From NCBI GenBank assembly GCA_965223845.1, contig CBDCXR010000004.1, positions 224,001 to 288,000 of the forward strand: 64,000 nucleotides of DNA. The letters run 5' to 3'. This DNA is from Planctomycetota bacterium (GTDB taxonomy: Bacteria > Planctomycetota > UBA8108 > SXIK01). Under the pieces are notes generated by a model, which saw only the letters and a program-made list of their open reading frames with translations, did no database searches and was not told the origin of the DNA. This document shows positions 57,366 to 64,000 of the stretch, one piece after another. Made by a program: the position numbers and the translations under genes. Within the stretch, counting starts at the first letter, position 1. Every line of letters starts with the position of its first letter.

Positions 57366-59186
57366 CTAGCGGATGAACTTCGCCTCCCAGATCGGCCAGA
57401 AGACGAGCAGCGCTTTTCCCATCAGCGCCCCGCCTTCGACGTGCCCCCATACTCGTCCGTCGGACGAGGAGGGGCCGTTGTCTCCCATCGCGAGATACTG
57501 ATCGTCACCGAGCTGATAGGACGACTTCGACCAGCTGCTCCCTTCGTCATCCCACCGCCCGAGGTAGTACATGTCGCGATAAACGCGTATGTCCGTGAGC
57601 TCGACCTGCTCGTTCGCCACGACGAGGTGGAGGGTGTGTGCCTCGGGGCCGGCGTACGCAGGCGGGTTCGGCGGGGCCTCGTAGCGAACCCGACTGAGAT
57701 CCGTGCCCTCCGGGACGCTCGTGTACTCGAGCTCGAGGACGAGCTCGCCCTCGACGAACACCGCCGCGCGGTCGTCGAGGTTCTCGAACGCGATGGCGGT
57801 CGCGACGTTCGGCGCGAGTGCGATGCTGGCCTCCGCGCGATCCGCCGGCTCGAAAGCGGCGCGCAAGGGATCCGCATTCTGCGCGCCGTTCGTAATGCGG
57901 TGGAGAATCGCGGGCCGCTCCGGGCTCGCCTCGCCGACGGGGAGCCGAAACTGGTACGTGAACTCGCCGTCGCGAATCTCCCCGCCGACCCAACGATCCC
58001 CACCGCTCCGAGCCGCCGCTCCGCTTCGAAGCGGTCGAGCTACGAACTCCACCCGGCGGTCGCCGACGATCGCGGCCGCCGGTGACCCGAACCTCCCCTT
58101 CCCGGTCACCGCGAGGAGGTTGTAGTTGTAGTAGTTGTCGATGGGACGCTGATACGCGAGGATCGCGACTTCATCCGCCGCGTTGACACTCCAGCGGAGC
58201 TGATCTGCATCCCACTCGGCGAGCTTCGACGGCGCGTTCGGACGTCCTGCCGTCACCGGTGCGACCTCCGCCCACGCGGACGGTACTTCCGCGATCGGAC
58301 GCTCCTTGATCGAGGAGTCGGAGATCTTCCGCCACAGGCTCTCCTGGACGCGAGGGTGCCGGTACTTTCGCTCGATCTTGCCGTCGACGTAGATGTCGCC
58401 GTCCCACACGTCGATCCGTTCCCCCGGCTTGCCGATGAGCCGTTTGATGTAGTTCTTCCACTGGTCGAACTGAAACACGATGACGTCCCAGCGTTCCGGG
58501 GAGCCGATCGCGTAGGCGAACTTCGTAACGAGGATCTTGTGTCCGCCGTGGACGTTCGTCGATTCGAGGACGTCCTCGTAGACGAGCGTGCAGTTCGGGC
58601 AGCGCGCCGCGTACGGCCGGGCCGTCACCTCGGTGAAGCCCTTGCTATTGCGCGGTCGAAATTGGAACGCGCAGGCGGTGCACGCGACGTCACCGCCGCG
58701 GCGCAGGCGTCCGCTCGCTCCTCGCGCGTGAAGGTCCATGCCGCACCCGACCGGGTTCTCACACGGTCCCTTGTAGAGGAGCATCCGGCGGTAGGAGACG
58801 TTGACCTCGCCCGTACGCGAGTCCGTGCCGATCGCGATCGCGAAGTCGACGTCGCAGCGCGGACAGTCCCGCCAGGCGTGGATTCCGAACAGGGTGGGGG
58901 CCATCGAGCCCGTCGGGATCTCGAAGGCTTCGATCGCGAAGTGACGGATGACGACGGCGAGCACGATCGCGACGACGAGCGCCTCGATGTTCTCCCGGAT
59001 CTTGTCGAACGACGTCGGCGGGGGGCCCGGGGGCGGGCCGGCTTCCGCTCCGTCGGGCGCGCTCGCTCGAGTCTCGGATTCGCTCCGCCCGGTCTCCTCC
59101 GGCTCGGACTCGTTCGAGGCGGATTCGGTGGGGGGCGTCTGGCTTCGAGAGCGGCGACTCCGCCTCTTTCGGTTTCGATTGGCCAT
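57366..59186 (-). CDS. lepB: Signal peptidase I with Cys-rich and beta-rich insertions
   Basis: FEIPTGSMAPTL (catalytic Ser), ERWDVIVF, YIKRLIGKPGE (catalytic Lys), YLAMGDNGPSSSDGRVWG..GKA. Confidence 0.92.
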   Translation of the reverse strand: MANRNRKRRSRRSRSQTPPTESASNESEPEETGRSESETRASAPDGAEAGPPPGPPPTSFDKIRENIEALVVAIVLAVVIRHFAIEAFEIPTGSMAPTLFGIHAWRDCPRCDVDFAIAIGTDSRTGEVNVSYRRMLLYKGPCENPVGCGMDLHARGASGRLRRGGDVACTACAFQFRPRNSKGFTEVTARPYAARCPNCTLVYEDVLESTNVHGGHKILVTKFAYAIGSPERWDVIVFQFDQWKNYIKRLIGKPGERIDVWDGDIYVDGKIERKYRHPRVQESLWRKISDSSIKERPIAEVPSAWAEVAPVTAGRPNAPSKLAEWDADQLRWSVNAADEVAILAYQRPIDNYYNYNLLAVTGKGRFGSPAAAIVGDRRVEFVARPLRSGAAARSGGDRWVGGEIRDGEFTYQFRLPVGEASPERPAILHRITNGAQNADPLRAAFEPADRAEASIALAPNVATAIAFENLDDRAAVFVEGELVLELEYTSVPEGTDLSRVRYEAPPNPPAYAGPEAHTLHLVVANEQVELTDIRVYRDMYYLGRWDDEGSSWSKSSYQLGDDQYLAMGDNGPSSSDGRVWGHVEGGALMGKALLVFWPIWEAKFIR

Positions 59187-59358
59187 GGGGGTATCGGCGG
59201 GTGAGGAGTGACCGGCGCGTCCGAGGAAGGCCGCGAGAAGCCATAGAAGTACAACAATCCACGCGCGATTTCTGCACGAAAGGACCGCCCGTCTCCCCTG
59301 AGTCGCACGTCGGTCCGTAGGATTCCGCGCAAACCGAGCGCGACGGCGCCCCCGAGCT

Positions 59359-60066
59359 CTACGCGATCTCGCGGATGCGACCGGGCAGCTCGGCGAGCGC
59401 GCGCCCGCGGTGGCTCACGCGGTTTTTCTCGGCCGGTGAGAGTTCCGCGAAGGTCGTTCCCGCTGGCGGATAGAAAAAGAGCGGATCGTAGCCGAAGCCG
59501 GCGTCACCGGAAGCGCGCTCGACGATCGCGCCGGGGCATCGCCCCTCGGTGACGATGAGCGGAGGCGCCGACGACGCATCCGACCCCGGGCGAACGACCA
59601 CCATGACGCAGTGGAACGCGGCGGAGCGATCCGGGGTCGGGACGCCCTCGAGCGCCGCGAGAAGCTTCGCGTTGTTGGCCGAGTCCGTCGCGTCCTCTCC
59701 CGCGTAGCGGCTCGAGTGAACGCCGGGCGCACCGCCGAGCGCGTCGACGCAGAGCCCGGAGTCGTCCGCGAGAACGAAATCCGGTCTCTCGTCCGCGGCG
59801 AGCGTCGCCACAGCCTCCGCGTACGCTCGCGCCTTGATCGTCGCATTCGCGAGAAACGTCTCGCCGTCTTCGACGGGTGGAGGAGGAATCTCGTGCCCCG
59901 CGGCTGCGAAGATCTCCGTTCCGACGACCGTCACGCCCTCGCCTTCGAGCACGGCCGAGATCTCGTCGAGCTTGTGTCGATTGCCCGTCGCGACGAGAAG
60001 ACGAACGCCGCGGCCGAGGACTTGTGCACGAGGATCGGTCATGGAGTTGGCGTCGAGGTCGCTCAT
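59359..60066 (-). CDS. rdgB: Non-canonical purine NTP pyrophosphatase (HAM1 family)
   Basis: ATGNRHKLDEI, EDGETFLANATIKA, ADDSGL, PGVHSSRYAG, GFGYDPLF, KNRVSHRGRA; start 60066 or 60042. Confidence 0.95.
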   Translation of the reverse strand: MSDLDANSMTDPRAQVLGRGVRLLVATGNRHKLDEISAVLEGEGVTVVGTEIFAAAGHEIPPPPVEDGETFLANATIKARAYAEAVATLAADERPDFVLADDSGLCVDALGGAPGVHSSRYAGEDATDSANNAKLLAALEGVPTPDRSAAFHCVMVVVRPGSDASSAPPLIVTEGRCPGAIVERASGDAGFGYDPLFFYPPAGTTFAELSPAEKNRVSHRGRALAELPGRIREIA

Positions 60067-60222
60067 CGAGTGGCGTGGACTACGCCGCAGCGACCGTCGC
60101 GAGGGGGGCTCGGTCGTGCGGGGATCGAGTCGGGACCGTAGAATATGGTGAACTCGGAATCGCTGGTGGAAGCTGCTTTCGCTCGAAGCGTACGGTGTTC
60201 GCCCACTCGACTCAAGAGACCG

Positions 60223-61407
60223 ATGCTTTCCGCGCCTCCTCCTTCGTTTCGCCTCACCGCCGCACCGCCCGCGTTTCTCCGCGCGGGTGCATGCGTGCTC
60301 ACGGCGATCGCGATCGGCAGTCTCGCCCCTTCCGTTCTCGGCGACGAGCTCCGACTGAAGAATGGGAAGGTCTTCGAAGGCGAGCTCATTCCGGTCGACG
60401 AAGACGGGCGCATCGGAATCCGCCTCGGGAATGGCGCTGTCGTCAGGTTCCCCGAGTCCGAGGTGGCCTCGACGGTCACGAAGGAAAGCCCGATCGCGCG
60501 GTTCGACCGGCAGTTCGCGCGACTCGTGTCCGTCCGCTCCGGCGACGAAGCACTCGAGCCCCTCGTACGTCTTCTCGTCTGGGCCCGGGAAAAGAAACTG
60601 CGCGGGCGAGCCGAGAAGGCGGCCGAACGGATCCTTGCCATCGACTCGAACCACGAGCTCGCGCGCTGGACCCTCGGTTACGTCGTCTTTCAAAATCGGT
60701 GGGTGAAGAAGAAAGATCTCCGCCGGCGAAAGGATCTCGTTGAGGTCGACGGCGAATGGATGACGCGGGCGGAAAAAGCGAGACGGGAGCGGGAGGAGCG
60801 CGCGCGGGAGGTGCGGTCGGTGCTCGCCCTCCTCGAGTCGCCGAACGGCATCCTGCGCCAATACGCGATCGAGGAGCTCGCGGGTCGGACGCGGAAGCGC
60901 GATGCCGTCGCCATCGCGACGCTCGGTGAGCGCGTCCGCGACCGAAATGCCGTGCTGCGGGCGGTCGTTCTCGCGCAGCTCGCTGAGGTGCCGGTCAAGA
61001 CCGCGCGCGACATCGAGCGGTTCGACGCGAGGCGAATCGCGCTCGAGCTTCACCGGCTCGGTCTCGTGGAAACCGACCCGACCGTCCGGCCGCTCCTCCG
61101 TCGAGCGGTGACGCGCTTCTTTCCGGAGGAGAGCTTTCGGCTCGCGATCGACGAGAGCGCTGTCGCGCCGCCCGCCGGAGGGCGAGCTGCGACCGAGACG
61201 CGCGAGCGCCGGATCGCGGAGCTTCTCGAGCTTTCCGTGCAGAAGGCGTGGGTGCCGAAGCTCTGCCGCGCGGTTTCTGACGGCGGAGAGCGACCCGCGG
61301 TGCGCCGGGCGCTCGTCCGTATCTTCGGTGAGGATTTCGGGTACGATGCGTCGAAGTGGCTCGCGCACTGGAGGGCGCGAGCGAGCGAGTTTCGCGACGT
61401 GAAGTAG
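60223..61407 (+). CDS. Exported HEAT-repeat-like hypothetical protein
   Basis: Hydrophobic N-terminus then DELRLKNGKVFEGELI; NHELARWTLGYV..RWV and LVEVDGEWMT motifs; helical repeats. A TAGAAT box immediately before ATG 60145 argues for the later start. Confidence 0.75.
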   Translation: MLSAPPPSFRLTAAPPAFLRAGACVLTAIAIGSLAPSVLGDELRLKNGKVFEGELIPVDEDGRIGIRLGNGAVVRFPESEVASTVTKESPIARFDRQFARLVSVRSGDEALEPLVRLLVWAREKKLRGRAEKAAERILAIDSNHELARWTLGYVVFQNRWVKKKDLRRRKDLVEVDGEWMTRAEKARREREERAREVRSVLALLESPNGILRQYAIEELAGRTRKRDAVAIATLGERVRDRNAVLRAVVLAQLAEVPVKTARDIERFDARRIALELHRLGLVETDPTVRPLLRRAVTRFFPEESFRLAIDESAVAPPAGGRAATETRERRIAELLELSVQKAWVPKLCRAVSDGGERPAVRRALVRIFGEDFGYDASKWLAHWRARASEFRDVK

Positions 61408-61491
61408 TCGCGTCGAGACATTCCTTCCCGCGCGTTTGCGCGGTGGGCGGACTCGCGCATCACCTGTCGCACGCACCGCCCACCGGAATCC

Positions 61492-62223
61492 ATGCCCCGT
61501 TCCCACCCCGCCGACGAGCCCCGTCCGATCGAGATCGTCCCGCGTTTTTTGCGTCGTCATTCGGCGAGCGTGCTGTACGCCTCCGGCGAGACGCGCGTTC
61601 TCTGCGCGGCGAGCTTGTCGCCGAAAGTTCCGCCGTTTCTCGAGGGGACCGACCGCGGCTGGGCGACCGCCGAGTACTCGCTCCTCCCGGCCTCGACGCA
61701 GCCTCGGGCCGCGCGCGAGCGGTCCGGCAAGCTTTCCGGTCGCACTCAAGAGATCCAGCGGCTCATCGGCCGTTCCCTTCGCGGCGTGCTCGACCTTACG
61801 GCGATCCCCGGGAGGACGCTTCAGATCGACTGCGACGTGATCGAGGCGGACGGCGGAACGCGCACCGCATCGATCAACGGCGCCTACGTCGCGGCCGTCA
61901 TCGCGGTCGAGGACGCGATCCGCGACGGGGTGATCGAGCGGAGTCCACTCGAGCGTGCCGTCGGAGCGATGAGTGCGGGGATGGTGGGAGGAGAGCCCGT
62001 CCTCGATCTCAACTACGACGAGGATTCGACCGCCGATGTCGATCTCAACCTCGTGCTCGTCGAAGGCGGCGACATCATCGAGATTCAGGGAACCTCCGAG
62101 CGTGCGCCGCTCTCGCGGTCGGGACTCGCCGATCTCGTCGCGCTCGCGACGGTGGGTATCGAGCGAGTGTTCGCCGAGCAGCGCGCGGCGATCGCGGCGG
62201 CTGCGGGCGCGCCGCCGAGGTGA
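61492..62223 (+). CDS. rph: Ribonuclease PH
   Basis: GETRVLC, GWATAEYSLLP, GRTQEIQRLIGRSLR, DCDVIEADGGTRTASING, LDLNYDEDSTADVD, IEIQGT. Confidence 0.97.
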   Translation: MPRSHPADEPRPIEIVPRFLRRHSASVLYASGETRVLCAASLSPKVPPFLEGTDRGWATAEYSLLPASTQPRAARERSGKLSGRTQEIQRLIGRSLRGVLDLTAIPGRTLQIDCDVIEADGGTRTASINGAYVAAVIAVEDAIRDGVIERSPLERAVGAMSAGMVGGEPVLDLNYDEDSTADVDLNLVLVEGGDIIEIQGTSERAPLSRSGLADLVALATVGIERVFAEQRAAIAAAAGAPPR

Positions 62224-62444
62224 GCCTCCGATCGGCCGCGAGCCGATGCGGCTGCGCATCGTCCGGAGAGCGGTGGAGGAGTCCGTCGCGTCGCAGTAGA
62301 AACGAGCGAGAGCTCCGGGATAGAATCACGCCGCCAATCGCGGCACCGGAGACCCTCGCGCGCGCGTCGATACGCGCGCCGAGCCGCCATCGCGACGACG
62401 GATGCGGCGGAGGAACGCTCGGGAGAGACGCTTAGGAGATCGAA

Positions 62445-63809
62445 ATGCGCCATCGGAAGAAGCTCGACCTGGGCGGCAGCCCGAACGCCGGATGCGATCG
62501 GAGCGGAGCTCGCGCGAGCGCCCGCGGCGTCGCGAACTCGCCTCGACCCGGGCGTCGAGCGAGCGAGCGGCCGTGCGGGAGCGTCTCGATCGGAGCCGCA
62601 AGCACCGCCGAGTCTCCACCGAACGTCGGGCCCTCGTGGCGTTTCCTCGTGCTCGCCTGCGCACTCGTCACCGCATCGACGGCGATCACCGGCTGCCGAT
62701 TTTACGGCACTCCGCGTCCCTCGACGCCCGAAGCGGAGCTGAAGAAGATCGAGTCCGAGCCGTGGGGTAATCCCGGCGAGGTCCTCGTCCGCGTGAACGG
62801 TCGACCCATTACGCGAGGGGAGTTCTACATCCGCGTGCTGCGGCGCTTCGGCACCATGAAGATCTTGAGCGGCGTCGTGAAGGAGGAGCTCTTTCTCCAA
62901 GAAGCGGAGCGACTCGGAATCAAGGTCGAGCGGGATGATGTCGCCGAGCGCGTCGAGGCGATCCTCGACGGAATGGCGGAAGAAGCCGGTGGAGCGGACG
63001 GGCTTCGAGCGCAGTATGCGCGCGAAGGTCTGACGCCCGAGGCGGTGCGTCGCGATCTCGAACGAGAGGTGTCGACTCAGCTTCTCGTGGGTGAGGTGAC
63101 CCGCGCCGCACGGCGCCTCGATGACGCTGCGCTGCGCGAGTACTACAAGAATACCTACAAGCATCGCCGCTTCGTGACCCGTCAGATCGCCTACTCATTC
63201 GGGACGTCGGAGGAGATCTCGGCCCCGGTGCGGGCGCGCGAGAAGCTTGAGGCGCGAAACAAGGCGCTCCGCGCGCGCGATCGCGTTCTCGGAGGCGCAA
63301 GCTTCGCCGAGCTCGCGCGGGCGGAATCGGAGGATCCGATGACGGCGCCGCGCGGCGGCTGGCTCGGAGCGATCCACCGGGAGACGCCGATGCGCTTCCC
63401 CGAGTTCAAGGAAGCGATCTTCGCGCTCGAGGAAGGCGGCGTGAGCGAGCCGGTCGAGAATCCGAGCGGCGGCTACCACATCTTCCTCGTCGAGCGGGTG
63501 CTCGAGAGCGAAAGCTTCGTCGACTGCCGCGAAAAGATGCGGAAGGAGCTCGCGGAGATGCCGCCCGATCAGAAGGAGATCGAATCGGTGCTGCGCGACC
63601 TGCAGCAGCGGGCGCAGGTCGACTTCGGGGCGACGCCGCTTGGTGAGCCTGCGCCCGGCGATCGGGAGCCGCCGGCTAGTGCGGCGCCCGATTCTCCGGA
63701 GGGGGGCGCGAACCCAGGGGACGCATCCGCGAGCTCTTCGCCGACTGTTCCGGAGGCTCCTACGACGGACGCGAACGGCACGGGCGGCTCGGGCGGAGAA
63801 GAGGAATGA
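62445..63809 (+). CDS. PpiC-type peptidyl-prolyl isomerase / SurA-PrsA-like foldase, probable lipoprotein (start uncertain)
   Basis: ITG-C lipobox; VRVNGRPIT; SFAELARAESED..RGGWLG..FKEAIFAL..VSEPV..GYHIF parvulin motifs. Confidence 0.88.
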   Translation: MRHRKKLDLGGSPNAGCDRSGARASARGVANSPRPGRRASERPCGSVSIGAASTAESPPNVGPSWRFLVLACALVTASTAITGCRFYGTPRPSTPEAELKKIESEPWGNPGEVLVRVNGRPITRGEFYIRVLRRFGTMKILSGVVKEELFLQEAERLGIKVERDDVAERVEAILDGMAEEAGGADGLRAQYAREGLTPEAVRRDLEREVSTQLLVGEVTRAARRLDDAALREYYKNTYKHRRFVTRQIAYSFGTSEEISAPVRAREKLEARNKALRARDRVLGGASFAELARAESEDPMTAPRGGWLGAIHRETPMRFPEFKEAIFALEEGGVSEPVENPSGGYHIFLVERVLESESFVDCREKMRKELAEMPPDQKEIESVLRDLQQRAQVDFGATPLGEPAPGDREPPASAAPDSPEGGANPGDASASSSPTVPEAPTTDANGTGGSGGEEE

Positions 63810-64000
63810 TTCGAGACATCCGCGACGGCGAGAGCGCCGACCACCCGGGGGACGAGGGACCGTCGCCGGCGGAAGACGACATCGAGGGCGACGACGAAGT
63901 GGCGACGGACGAGAGCGCGCCGACTCCGAGAGACGGCGATGCGGACGGCGACGCCACCGAGCTGGATGGCGAAGAGGGAACTGCGTTCGCCCGCGGGGCC
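63806..64000 (+). CDS. Start of a downstream ORF with acidic N-terminus (3'-truncated)
   Basis: ATGA overlap with the PpiC gene stop; frame open to the window end (MIRDIRDGESADHPGDEG...). Confidence 0.5.
   Translation, partial: MIRDIRDGESADHPGDEGPSPAEDDIEGDDEVATDESAPTPRDGDADGDATELDGEEGTAFARGA

Overview
A high-GC bacterial chromosomal segment, most likely from Planctomycetota. That assignment is inferred from the lepB-lptB-DUF6677-like block, many prepilin-type genes, a dnaA without adjacent dnaN, a lamin-tail/CotH protein and HEAT-type exported proteins. Most of the window is core genes: purD, glgP, rhaB, accB/accC, coaE-rho, tatC, dnaA, rsmA, dnaG-rpoD, rnpB, lptB, lepB, rdgB, rph and a PpiC foldase. 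It also holds a five-gene pseudopilin cluster, a TonB/TonB-dependent receptor pair and a small sugar-catabolism block. I found no CRISPR array, tRNA/rRNA, transposase or phage genes. Five observations stand out. (1) A multi-hairpin repeat family at two loci (after accC and after an OmpA-like gene), whose first long hairpin is a perfect inverted copy of the host gene's own 3' end, with compensatory changes between loci and a 165-bp tandem amplification. (2) Near-consensus sigma70 promoters lying 0.4-1.1 kb upstream of the next CDS (dnaA, dnaG-rpoD, coaE-rho and others), implying very long structured leaders or unannotated large ncRNAs. (3) An exported 681-aa His/Glu/Arg tandem-repeat protein transcribed divergently from a CotH-kinase/lamin-tail protein. 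(4) An RNase P RNA that appears to lack helix P18. (5) Unusual envelope/DNA-linking architectures: an HTH-acidic linker-TM protein after dnaA, a TM-coiled coil-BRCT protein, TatC with a ~215-aa loop insertion, and LepB with four Cys pairs. All calls were made by eye from motifs; no database searches or folding programs were run.
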